A stretch of 64,000 nucleotides of DNA. It comes from Candidatus Fraserbacteria bacterium. Lineage in GTDB: Bacteria; Bipolaricaulota; Bipolaricaulia; RBG-16-55-9; DRXL01. The stretch spans positions 1-64,000 of the forward strand of contig CAMTVK010000021.1 in assembly GCA_947085185.1 (NCBI GenBank). Direction: 5' to 3'. Position 1 is the first letter of the stretch; the number at the start of each line of letters is the position of its first letter. Below the pieces are notes generated by a model. It saw only the letters and a list, made by a program, of their open reading frames with translations. It was not told where the DNA came from and searched no databases. Below, piece by piece: positions 49,047 to 57,888 of the stretch. The position numbers were made by a program, and so were the translations under genes.

Positions 49047-49893
49047 GCGACGCGTGGTGGTGATAGCGCCGCATCCCGACGACGAGGTGCTTGCTACCGG
49101 CGGAGTCATCCAAGAGCATCTGCGCAAGGGGCACATCGTCACAGTGATATTGGTGACGTGCGGGGATGGGCAGCGACGCGGGCTGCTCCTGCCACCACGA
49201 CACTTCCGACGCTTGGGGGAGCGCCGCTATCGCGAGTCAATAGAAGCCCTCAGATTTTTAGGATTACCGGAGAAATACGTGATCGCGTTGGGGTATCCTG
49301 ACCGTGGCTTGGCCCATCTGTGTGGCGATGGAGTCTATACGTCGCGCTACACGAAAGTCTGTGCGGTCCCCTATGAGTGGGCCTACAGCCCCGGCGCGCC
49401 GTACACCCGAGAGTCCGTGCTGCACGATCTGAGGAAGATCATAGAGCGCGAGCGCCCTCACGTCATCTATCTGCCCCACCCCAGCGATCGCCATAGCGAT
49501 CATCGGGCGACGTATCTGTTGACCCATACAGCCCTCGGTGCAGAGTGCTCAACGCTCTCACAGCTCATATCGTATCGGTACTATCTTATTCATTATGGGG
49601 CGTGGCCGCTGCCGGCAGGCCACTATCCCCAGCGGCGCTTGCTGCCTCCTCGGGCCTTGCGCGCCGGCGCGACCTGGATGGAACACCCTCTCCGCCCGGA
49701 GCAGATCGAGCGCAAAGGCCAAGCGATCCGATACTATCGCAGCCAGACCCAATATATCGCCGACCATCTGTTGAGCTTTGTACGGTGCAATGAGCTGTTT
49801 GATCTCAATCCCTCTCTCCAGAACGAGATTCGTCTTCCAAGACTGCTAATTGATCTTCGTCGAGTCCAAAGTAGTGTCCAATCTCGTGAATGA
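49030..49893 (+). CDS. PIG-L/LmbE family deacetylase
   Basis: APHPDDE, LGYPD, D.HSDH, Y.SQ motifs. Confidence 0.92.
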   Translation: MPKSPKRRVVVIAPHPDDEVLATGGVIQEHLRKGHIVTVILVTCGDGQRRGLLLPPRHFRRLGERRYRESIEALRFLGLPEKYVIALGYPDRGLAHLCGDGVYTSRYTKVCAVPYEWAYSPGAPYTRESVLHDLRKIIERERPHVIYLPHPSDRHSDHRATYLLTHTALGAECSTLSQLISYRYYLIHYGAWPLPAGHYPQRRLLPPRALRAGATWMEHPLRPEQIERKGQAIRYYRSQTQYIADHLLSFVRCNELFDLNPSLQNEIRLPRLLIDLRRVQSSVQSRE

Positions 49894-50170
49894 CCGTGAG
49901 ACGAACCTGATGGCGGATCTCTTCTTCGTCGCCCCCAGAGACAGCTTCAATGTTTTTCTGAAAGATATAGATGACATCGGGTTGCATCGGATCGGTGAAG
50001 ACCGAGCGTTCGGTCAACGGAACCCCATCATAGAGCCCTAAGAGGGTCTCATCAGGGGGATCGGGACGATCTTTGATGACGATCATCACGTTCTGGAGAC
50101 GATCTTTGAAGAACTGAGGGAGGCTCTCCACTGCTTGCCAGACGAGCTTTTCAAACTGTGCGCGGGTCAT
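49805..50170 (-). CDS. Zinicin-like metallopeptidase
   Basis: LLGLYDGVPLTER, TVIHEIGHYFG motifs. Confidence 0.9.
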   Translation of the reverse strand: MTRAQFEKLVWQAVESLPQFFKDRLQNVMIVIKDRPDPPDETLLGLYDGVPLTERSVFTDPMQPDVIYIFQKNIEAVSGGDEEEIRHQVRLTVIHEIGHYFGLDEDQLAVLEDESRSGERD

Positions 50171-50261
50171 TGGGGATCACGCTCTTGCGCAGAGTATATC
50201 GGAGTCTGGTACTTCTGACAAGCTCGTTGCACGATGTGAGTTTCCTTGCTACACTCAATGT

Positions 50262-50858
50262 ATGCGCGTGCTCGTGGGTGTGATAGTGTGTGTGGCGCTC
50301 TCTGGGGGATCGGGCGTATTTGCTCAGAATCAGCCGAGTGATTTTTTTATGGAGGAGTTCACATTTGGGTTGCTGGGGGGGCTGGTGGGCGGCCCGGTGC
50401 TCGAGCTGATCTATGTGAGCACCCTCTGCCGTGAAGCGCCTAATCCTGTGTTGTGTCAAGAACTGGGCATAGCGACCATGCAGCTTGTCGTGTATCTTAT
50501 TACGTTGCCTGCGGGCGTGAGCGCAGGGGTGATCATCGCCGGTTGGTGGCGTGGTGTGGAGAACTCCCTGAGGGGGTATCTGTTGACTTATACGTTCGCG
50601 GCGGTGGGCTCAGTGACGGGCTGGCTCAACGCTGCTGGCATCATTCAAGTCATGGACTTTCTTATGGTGACGCTGGGGTGGGATTTGAGCGACTACGTGG
50701 CGGACATCTACACGCTTACCCGTGTGGCGCTGCCCATACTCTATGCGTCTTTTTTGGGAACGGTGTGGTTCAACACCAACGCACGAATGCGTCAGACGTC
50801 TTCTGTAGTAGCTCCGTCGTCTCTCTGGAAGATCCCACTCTTTGCGGTGCGCTTCTAG
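50262..50858 (+). CDS. Hypothetical membrane protein
   Basis: Signal peptide plus several hydrophobic helices; own promoter (TTGCAC-17-TACACT). Confidence 0.7.
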   Translation: MRVLVGVIVCVALSGGSGVFAQNQPSDFFMEEFTFGLLGGLVGGPVLELIYVSTLCREAPNPVLCQELGIATMQLVVYLITLPAGVSAGVIIAGWWRGVENSLRGYLLTYTFAAVGSVTGWLNAAGIIQVMDFLMVTLGWDLSDYVADIYTLTRVALPILYASFLGTVWFNTNARMRQTSSVVAPSSLWKIPLFAVRF

Positions 50859-52165
50859 CAATCTGGGATCGCCGGCAGCGCAAGCTTTACGTGTTCGATC
50901 TCGATATCCCATGGCGTAGGCGCGAGCACAAGCAGCGCTGCTGGCACCATCTCTAGGGGCATGAGCGTCGAGCCGACCGCTCCCCCAAGCGCAAAAGTGA
51001 CGTCTTTGCCATAGATATCGAAGAGATAGCCGTCCGCATCTTGAGAGGATTTCAGAATCTCTTTGAGAGTGTTGACGACCCCGGCGCGACAGAAGGTCTC
51101 GCCCTCAAGGTAGACTTCGATCTTGGCGATCCGATAGTTCTTGCACGCCGGGCATTTGGGGGTATCTGGGGCTAAAATCTTGCGATCCATGCGATACCCA
51201 TAGACGACGGGCGCTGTGCCCGCTAGATACTTTTCGTTAAGAAGAACTTGTGCTTGCGCACCGGCTTCCCACGTCAGCACGCCAAGAAAGTGCGCATAGT
51301 CGCTGGGCGACATGAAATTATTCTTACTCTCGGCGAAGAGCCAAATATGTAACGCTCCCACGCGCGCTCCCCTTCGTAATCGCGCAAGCGCATCGGTGAG
51401 CACTCTCTCGATCTGCTCGCGGCTGAGACGTTTCGGACGATCTAAGACATAGCGATAGAGCCATGACGGCCCGTGCTCGGTTGAGCCGATCTCGTGTCTA
51501 TCGTAGAGACGATATGTGATATCTTCGACGGCAAACACAGTGGGCTCCGGCGCTCTGACTTCGATCCTGACGGAGGTATCTTGAGTGGTGGCCCCATGAT
51601 CGTCGGTGACGGTGAGCGTGACCTCGTAGATGCCAGGCTCGGTGTACGTATACGTTGAATTTGGTTCGGTGCTTGTTGTGTTATTGCCGAAGTCCCACAG
51701 ATATGCTGTGATGGAGCCGTCGGGGTCTTTGGAGGCGCTGCTGGAGAACTGCACGGTGAGCGGGGGCTCGCCGGAGACGTATTTACTGGGGACGCTCTCT
51801 GGGGAGTCGGGGAGCTTGACGGTCGCAAAGGCGATGGGCTCTTGATTGATAGAGAAAGTGACGCGAGCGCTCGTCTTGGTGTTCTTATTATCGGTCACGG
51901 TCAGCTCGACGGTGTAGCGGCCGCCCGTGGGGTAGGTGTGTTGTGGAGACGCTTCGGTGCTGGTGGAGCCATCGCCGAAGTTCCATAGAATAGATTGAAT
52001 TTCGCCGTCGGGGTCGGACCATTCTCCCGAAAACTGCACGGTGCGCTCGGTGAAGAAGGCGCCATCGGTTGGGCGGGTGATGCGTGCGGTGGGCGGTTTA
52101 TTTGAAGCACAGCTGGTGACGATGAGTGCGACAAGCAGAGCTAGTATTTTGAGTCTTCTTGGCAT
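50855..52165 (-). CDS. PKD-domain lipoprotein
   Basis: VTSC lipobox; two PKD repeats (SDPDG.I....W.FG......P.H/Y.Y...G.Y.V.LTVTD). Confidence 0.88.
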   Translation of the reverse strand: MPRRLKILALLVALIVTSCASNKPPTARITRPTDGAFFTERTVQFSGEWSDPDGEIQSILWNFGDGSTSTEASPQHTYPTGGRYTVELTVTDNKNTKTSARVTFSINQEPIAFATVKLPDSPESVPSKYVSGEPPLTVQFSSSASKDPDGSITAYLWDFGNNTTSTEPNSTYTYTEPGIYEVTLTVTDDHGATTQDTSVRIEVRAPEPTVFAVEDITYRLYDRHEIGSTEHGPSWLYRYVLDRPKRLSREQIERVLTDALARLRRGARVGALHIWLFAESKNNFMSPSDYAHFLGVLTWEAGAQAQVLLNEKYLAGTAPVVYGYRMDRKILAPDTPKCPACKNYRIAKIEVYLEGETFCRAGVVNTLKEILKSSQDADGYLFDIYGKDVTFALGGAVGSTLMPLEMVPAALLVLAPTPWDIEIEHVKLALPAIPDC

Positions 52166-52267
52166 AGCGATCCCTTTGTCGGCTCAATCATAGTGCATGC
52201 TGAGCCCGGTGTGCAAGTGAGCGATTTGCTCTTGTGTGCTCCGTAGTGTATTGTAATGCAGGGGGTG

Positions 52268-52339
52268 ATGAATGTGCGCAAGAGTGCGCGTCGTCGCACG
52301 AAGAGACTGAAACGTTCTCAGGGGAAGCGCAAGGGCTAA
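52268..52339 (+). CDS. 23-aa highly basic microprotein (tentative)
   Basis: GGGGGTG RBS-like sequence, then MNVRKSARRRTKRLKRSQGKRKG*. Confidence 0.4.
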   Translation: MNVRKSARRRTKRLKRSQGKRKG

Positions 52340-52363
52340 GCTTGCCCTTAGGAAGAATCAATA

Positions 52364-52420
52364 GGCTCCAATGACGCTACAATCAAGCTGTGGGACATCA
52401 GCGATCTGGTGGGGAGGTGA
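52364..52420 (+). pseudogene. C-terminal fragment of a WD40-repeat gene
   Basis: Reads GSNDATIKLWDISDLVGR*, the end of a WD40 repeat; no upstream frame or start. Confidence 0.65.
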
Positions 52421-52422
52421 GC

Positions 52423-52653
52423 ATGAGCAAGAAGCAGAAAGAAATCTTAAGATTGCTCGTCACCCTGGAGCCGGGCGAGGATGGCTATATCATCGCCGAA
52501 TGCCCGGCCATCCCCGGGTGTATGACTCAGGGGAAGACGGAAGCCGAGGCCCTGGCCAATATTAAAGAGGCCATTATCGGCTGTCTGAAGGTCCGCCAGG
52601 AGATGGGCCTGCCGCTCACTGTGGAGACCCGCGAAGTCGAGGTGACCCTGTGA
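52423..52653 (+). CDS. hicB: HicB-family antitoxin
   Basis: LEPGEDGYIIAECPAIPGCMTQGKT..EA..NI.EAI; GGAGG RBS. Confidence 0.92.
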   Translation: MSKKQKEILRLLVTLEPGEDGYIIAECPAIPGCMTQGKTEAEALANIKEAIIGCLKVRQEMGLPLTVETREVEVTL

Positions 52654-52759
52654 GTGGCACGCCTGCCTGTCGTGAGCGGGCGCGGGGCAGTTCGCGCGTG
52701 GCTTGATTCGCAAGGCGGGCTTGACGGTCGAAGAGTTCGTGAAGCTCCTGAAGTCCTAG
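52654..52759 (+). pseudogene. hicA: HicA toxin remnant with internal deletion
   Basis: VARLPVVSGRGAVRA joined out of frame to GLIRKAGLTVEEFVKLLKS*; the central GSH catalytic segment is absent. Confidence 0.8.
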
Positions 52760-52841
52760 GGCCTCCGGCTCCTTGACAATGCCCTTCTGAGAGAGCTACA
52801 ATAGAATTGCTTGAGGCCCGGCCTACGGCAAAGGAGAGATC

Positions 52842-53519
52842 ATGGGCCTCAAGCACAAGATAGAAAGATCGTTTGATTCGCTGAGAACAGCAGTTTGTTC
52901 TGTTCTTCAGCGATTTTGTTCTTCTAGAGATCTTGCACCATCTGGCCCGCGCCAGCTGCTTGGCCCCTGGGAAGTCGGTTGGTCCCTCGAGCTTTATAGT
53001 TATCGTTTGGGAAGGACAAGGCGGCTGAGCGAGCTGGGGCGATTGGTGCGAAAGTACAAGTATCGTGGGCGGATTGATCTTGCGGATCGTTTGGTAGGTC
53101 GCATCTTGGCTTTTATGGAGCAGCACCCTGATCTGAAAGCGATAGACGGCATCATACCCGTACCGCCGTCGACAGAACGTCTGTACGATCCCGTGAGCTT
53201 GTTAGGACAAGTGCTGGCGCGACGCTTAGGCGTTCCCTTGCTCAGTGGGGCTTTGCGCAAGACCCGCACGACAGCTCGCCAGAAAGATATGCACTCCCGC
53301 TCACAGAAGCGCACGAACATCTCAGGCGCGTTCGTTGTTTGTGGCGACGTTCGCGGGAAATCGCTGTTAGTTCTAGATGATCTCTACGACTCCGGCGAGA
53401 CGCTGAGGGAGGTGACGCGCGTGCTCAAGCGCGCTGGAGTACGTTCAGTGAAAGTCTTGACGCTGACACGCACGCGGTATTATGAGCACACTGCATTGGC
53501 TGGCTCTCACCAAAGTTGA
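52842..53519 (+). CDS. ComF-like phosphoribosyltransferase (no zinc ribbon)
   Basis: KYKY, IIPVPPS, LLVLDDLYDSGETL PRPP-binding motif; promoter TTGACA-18-TACAAT at 52773-52802. Confidence 0.87.
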   Translation: MGLKHKIERSFDSLRTAVCSVLQRFCSSRDLAPSGPRQLLGPWEVGWSLELYSYRLGRTRRLSELGRLVRKYKYRGRIDLADRLVGRILAFMEQHPDLKAIDGIIPVPPSTERLYDPVSLLGQVLARRLGVPLLSGALRKTRTTARQKDMHSRSQKRTNISGAFVVCGDVRGKSLLVLDDLYDSGETLREVTRVLKRAGVRSVKVLTLTRTRYYEHTALAGSHQS

Positions 53520-54372
53520 CGGTCTAGGTGGGGCGCGGGCGCGCCGTCTGGTCGAGCACTTCGGCAGTGCCGAAGCTCTCTGGCACGCTGATATCGAGAC
53601 GCTCGTGCACGTGACGGGACTGCCGTCAGAGAATTTCATGGCTCTCCGGCAGATCTCTCTGGAAGAGATTGCGCAAGAATTGCAAGCTCTTCGTCAGGAG
53701 GGGATCGCAGTCCTGACGCCCGACGACGCTGAGTACCCCATACTGTTGAGAGACCTCCGCGACGCCCCGCCGGTGCTCTATCTGCGTGGCTCGTTGGAGG
53801 TTCGAGATCAGTATGCCGTAGCTATTGTGGGCAGCCGCCTTGCCGATCCTGGCTCAGGCGATAAGAAGATGGCCTGGACGCACGCTTTAGCCAAAACTTT
53901 AGCCGAGTGGGGGATCACCATTGTGAGCGGGTTGGCGCACGGAGTAGATTCGTGGGCGCACAGCGGGGCACTCGACGCTCGCGACGGCCGGACGATCGCG
54001 GTGCTGGGCTGCGGGCTGCGGCGCGTCTATCCCAAGCACAATACAGCGCTGGCAGATCGCATCGTTGCGCGTGGGGCGTTGCTCTCGGAGCTAGAACCTA
54101 ATGCGGGCACGTGCGGACAATTTCTGATGATGCGCGACCGACTCATCGCGGCGCTCTCGCACGCTGTGATCGTGATCGAAGCGCATGATCCCAGCGGAAG
54201 CCTCGACACAGCACAGCACGCTTTAAAACTCAAGCGTCGTGTGCTGGCAGTGCCGGGCAGCCCAGGGACGGAGAGGCTCATCGCTGAGGGCGCGGAGAAG
54301 ATCGAGATCACTAAAATAGATGCAGATGAGCTCGCTCAGAGCATTCTCTGCGTGGATGGTGGGGGACGATGA
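53482..54372 (+). CDS. dprA: DprA/SMF-family protein (short, no C-terminal winged helix)
   Basis: YP..L....D.PPVLY.RG, AIVGSR, IVSGLA.GVD..AH, RDRLIAALS, SGSL.TA motifs. Confidence 0.88.
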   Translation: MSTLHWLALTKVDGLGGARARRLVEHFGSAEALWHADIETLVHVTGLPSENFMALRQISLEEIAQELQALRQEGIAVLTPDDAEYPILLRDLRDAPPVLYLRGSLEVRDQYAVAIVGSRLADPGSGDKKMAWTHALAKTLAEWGITIVSGLAHGVDSWAHSGALDARDGRTIAVLGCGLRRVYPKHNTALADRIVARGALLSELEPNAGTCGQFLMMRDRLIAALSHAVIVIEAHDPSGSLDTAQHALKLKRRVLAVPGSPGTERLIAEGAEKIEITKIDADELAQSILCVDGGGR

Positions 54373-55163
54373 ACGGCTCAGTATATTATGGGCCGCCGAC
54401 GGCGCTTGTGGCTATTATGAACAACAAAGCTGATTTCGCGCGTGCTCGGCACGAGCACTGGTACAGAATCCCGGTGCGCAGCGCGCCGCCGCGCGTCGAT
54501 TTCTCTCAGTTGGTGCGTTTGGCGTTCTATCAAACCAAGATCTTCGGAGAGGAGAAATGGGCCGTGAACTATCACGCTGAGGTGCGCAGCGTTGATCGAG
54601 CCAAGCGCATCGAGCTGCTTCCTGACGAACGCGACCACCCTCGCGCCCAAGACGAGTATTATCGCCTCCAGATTGGCGATCTTGAGCGACTGCCCAAGCC
54701 CATTCCCAGCCGGCGCTGGCGCCGTATCGTCTTCATCCCAACAACGACGGAGAAGCTCTTTCAAGCTGAAGAGATCAACGACCTCTATCATGAAAGCCCC
54801 TTAGAGGACGAGCTGTGGCGTCATCTCAAGAGAGTTGGCATTCATGCGGAACGGCAGTTCTATATCGGCAAGCGAGATCGCATCTATTGTTTAGACTTTG
54901 CGATCTTCTGCGCGCGGGGGAACCTCAACGTCGAATGTAATGGTGAAGAATGGCACTCCGATCCAGAAGCGCAAGCGCGGGATGAGCAGAGAGACGCTGA
55001 CCTGGCACAATGGGGCTGGTCGGTGTTGCGCCTGACGACGCATCAGATTCGCAGCCGGATGAACCAATCTCTCAGCTTGATTCAAGAGCATATTCTCGGC
55101 CTTGGTGGGCTCAAAGAACCGTCATCTGGACCCAAGCGCTCATCTCTCTCCCCATTCCCTTAA
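54369..55163 (+). CDS. DUF559/Vsr-like endonuclease with an N-terminal putative nucleic-acid-reader domain
   Basis: C-terminal SPLE..LW..L...ERQF...YCLDFAI...VECNG..WH...D..RD..L...GW.VLR; N-terminal HWYRIPV...AFYQ...VNYHAEV domain. Confidence 0.82.
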   Translation: MNGSVYYGPPTALVAIMNNKADFARARHEHWYRIPVRSAPPRVDFSQLVRLAFYQTKIFGEEKWAVNYHAEVRSVDRAKRIELLPDERDHPRAQDEYYRLQIGDLERLPKPIPSRRWRRIVFIPTTTEKLFQAEEINDLYHESPLEDELWRHLKRVGIHAERQFYIGKRDRIYCLDFAIFCARGNLNVECNGEEWHSDPEAQARDEQRDADLAQWGWSVLRLTTHQIRSRMNQSLSLIQEHILGLGGLKEPSSGPKRSSLSPFP

Positions 55164-56282
55164 TCATGGCGGGAGCTGCTTGGGGAAGTTTATATCGCTC
55201 AACCCCGACGACGTCACGATGCGCCCATCGTCCGTGACTACGATGGCTTCAACGTTGGGCAGGCTCTCGATGAGCTCCATTCCCTTCTGCGCCCCCAAGA
55301 CGAAGACCGCGGTGCTGAGCGCGTCGGCTTCCATCGCTGTGGGGGCGAGGATCGTCGCGCTGATGGTGCCGCGCGCCGGCATCCCCGTCTTGGGATCAAT
55401 GATGTGATGATAGCGAATCTTGCCGGGCTCGTCCGCGTAGTGACACGGGAAGATATTCCCTAAAAAATCTGCGAAAAAGCATCGCTGATAGTCCCCGGAG
55501 GTCGCCAGCGCCCGATCTCCCCAAATCTCTAAAATTCCCAAAATCTTCTGCTCATCGCGGGGGTGTTGGACGGCTATGCGGAACGGTCGCCGATCCTCCC
55601 ACCACAAGACTTTTCTGGGACGATCATTGAAGACCCGAATGTTCCCACCAGCATCAACGAGCGCGCGCTCGATCTCATGCTCTTTGAGGATTTCTACGAC
55701 TCGATCGACGATATACCCCTTGGCAATGCCCCCCAAGTCAACCTCGACGGTAGCGCTGGAGAGCCGAGCAGTCTGGGAGGGCCTATCGAGAATGATCTCG
55801 CGCGGCTCTTCTATCAATGGGTGCAGGGATGCTGGCGCGGGGATGCGCCCGACTCCGGAGCGATCCCAGTCTTGCGTGAACCCCCACAGATTGACGATCT
55901 TTCCCAGGGTGGGATCGAACGCGCCCGCACTGAGAGCGCGATAGGCGAGAGCCGCTTCTAACACGGTGAAGACGTCTCGTGAGAGCGGGACCGGCTCGCG
56001 CGCGCCACGACGGTTGAGCTCCCCCAGCGATCCCGTCCCAATGCGACTGAACTCCTCCGAAAGTCTTTTGGCTTCAGCGAACGCTGCGCGCACGGCTTGC
56101 TGCGCGTGCTCGTGGGAGCGACTCTGCGCTTTGATGCGAAAATATGTGCCCAAAAGATACTGTTCTTCTTGGACAACGGCGACCCGTCCTTGGAGATAGA
56201 GCAAGACGAGCGAGAGCGCCACAATGATACAGAGAGAGATCTTTAAAACAGAGAGCGCGCGTCGCACCGTTAGCCGATCCAC
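55164..56282 (-). CDS. apbE: FAD:protein FMN transferase
   Basis: GAFDPT, DLGGIAKGY, DAGGN, ATSGDYQR, HHIIDP.TG, ADALSTA motifs. Confidence 0.94.
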   Translation of the reverse strand: MDRLTVRRALSVLKISLCIIVALSLVLLYLQGRVAVVQEEQYLLGTYFRIKAQSRSHEHAQQAVRAAFAEAKRLSEEFSRIGTGSLGELNRRGAREPVPLSRDVFTVLEAALAYRALSAGAFDPTLGKIVNLWGFTQDWDRSGVGRIPAPASLHPLIEEPREIILDRPSQTARLSSATVEVDLGGIAKGYIVDRVVEILKEHEIERALVDAGGNIRVFNDRPRKVLWWEDRRPFRIAVQHPRDEQKILGILEIWGDRALATSGDYQRCFFADFLGNIFPCHYADEPGKIRYHHIIDPKTGMPARGTISATILAPTAMEADALSTAVFVLGAQKGMELIESLPNVEAIVVTDDGRIVTSSGLSDINFPKQLPP

Positions 56283-57886
56283 TCCCGGGGGATCGTGCTG
56301 TAATCTTCATCGAGCCGGATCTCTTTCACTTCGTCGGGGCTGAGCGCGAGTTCTCGCAAGCTCTCCCCGTCGTAGCGCAACAGCACCCCTTGCTCTTCGG
56401 TGACCGCCGTCAGGGGGCGTTCGGGATGGATGCGGTTGCGCGTGGGGTCGGGATCTTTCACTTTTCTCTTGATGATCGTCTTGAGGTTGACTGGGCGACC
56501 CCACATCGAGTAAATATTCTTGAGCACTTCTTTGGCCTCTTCAAGATGCAATCCTACGCCGTTATAGAAGTGCAAGAGCAACAGCTCCCCCTTGTTGCCG
56601 TAGTTGCCTGTGGCTACTTTAATAATAGGTCGTCCAAGATTTGTATGTTGGAAGAGCAGCTTCTTCTTGACGTCGGTAAAGTCACGCGACGTGATGTGAT
56701 ACGCTCCGGTTTCGGGGATATACTCATACGCGAAGAGCTTGAGCTTCTCGAAGAGCTCTTCTGTGAAAAATTCCGAGAGGAACATCACGTCATTATAGGT
56801 GCGTCGGACTTCGAAGATCTTCTCTGTGCCGAGATTGGCTTTGGTGTCCCACTTTTTTTTCTTCTGTGGGTCTGTGCACAATTCCCAGTCGCGTCCAAAG
56901 CGCCCTTTGTCCCAGCGCTCTTTGATGTCCTCCCAGATCAGCTTCCCCAGGGCATAGGGGTTGAGAGCGCCACCGGCTAAGACTTTGCTGACCATATCGG
57001 CATGGTCTATGAACTCGTTGGGCTGAGCGAATTCCGACATGAGCTTGGCTTGCCACAGCATCGCCCAGCCTTCATTCATGATCTTCGTCTGAATCTGTGG
57101 GACGAAATAGTACGACTCCTCGCGGATCATCGCTAAGATATCTTTTTGCCAGTTCTCCAAGCGCCCGTACTTCATAAGAAACCCAAGGAGGTCTTTCTGG
57201 GGTTTGACTAAGTCGGTCTCGTCGCGGGGCTGGCGGGCGCGGGCTTGCTGGAGGCGCGCACGCCGCTCTTGTAGCCATTGGGGGGGATTGACGAAGCGAT
57301 CCATGTAGTCCCGCTTGACCGGGATGCGCACAGGTTCTTTCTCGCGCCCGTCTTCCTCGACGCGATGCCATGAGCGCTTGATGAACGGCGCATATTGATC
57401 AATTTCGTACTCCAGAGAGAGCGCCTTGTCAATGAAAGATTCCACTTCGGTGATGCCGTATTTGCCCATGTACTCTTCGATGCGCTCGGCATGGGTGTGC
57501 ATCACTTTGATCATATCTTTGGGGGTTTTGGAGAACCAGCGATTGTTCTTGAAAAAGTCCACGTGCGCGTAGACGTGGAGCATGACCCCTTTGTTTTCCA
57601 CGGGGGTGTTGCTCTCGCGCAGATACGCGATAGCCGGGTTGGTGTTCAAGACCAACTCGTAGGTCCACCAGCCCGAATATGCGGAGCGCTTGCGAAAGTA
57701 GTCATAACTCATGCCGAACGACCAGTGGGGAAATCGTTCGGGGAAGCCGTCATAGGCAGAATACTCATTGAGTTGGTCGTGGTCAACGACGCCGAAGATG
57801 ACCGGCCAGGGGTCAAGCCCTGCGGATTCCGCGAGCGCTCGCGCCTCGGCGCGGAGCCTCTCCAGCTCACGAATCTTTTTTGACAT
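56270..57886 (-). CDS. spoVR: SpoVR family protein
   Basis: PERFPHWSFG..Y, YELVLN.NP, HVYAH.DFFKNN, TKIMNEGWA, NPY.LG motifs. Confidence 0.94.
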   Translation of the reverse strand: MSKKIRELERLRAEARALAESAGLDPWPVIFGVVDHDQLNEYSAYDGFPERFPHWSFGMSYDYFRKRSAYSGWWTYELVLNTNPAIAYLRESNTPVENKGVMLHVYAHVDFFKNNRWFSKTPKDMIKVMHTHAERIEEYMGKYGITEVESFIDKALSLEYEIDQYAPFIKRSWHRVEEDGREKEPVRIPVKRDYMDRFVNPPQWLQERRARLQQARARQPRDETDLVKPQKDLLGFLMKYGRLENWQKDILAMIREESYYFVPQIQTKIMNEGWAMLWQAKLMSEFAQPNEFIDHADMVSKVLAGGALNPYALGKLIWEDIKERWDKGRFGRDWELCTDPQKKKKWDTKANLGTEKIFEVRRTYNDVMFLSEFFTEELFEKLKLFAYEYIPETGAYHITSRDFTDVKKKLLFQHTNLGRPIIKVATGNYGNKGELLLLHFYNGVGLHLEEAKEVLKNIYSMWGRPVNLKTIIKRKVKDPDPTRNRIHPERPLTAVTEEQGVLLRYDGESLRELALSPDEVKEIRLDEDYSTIPREWIG

Positions 57887-57888
57887 AG

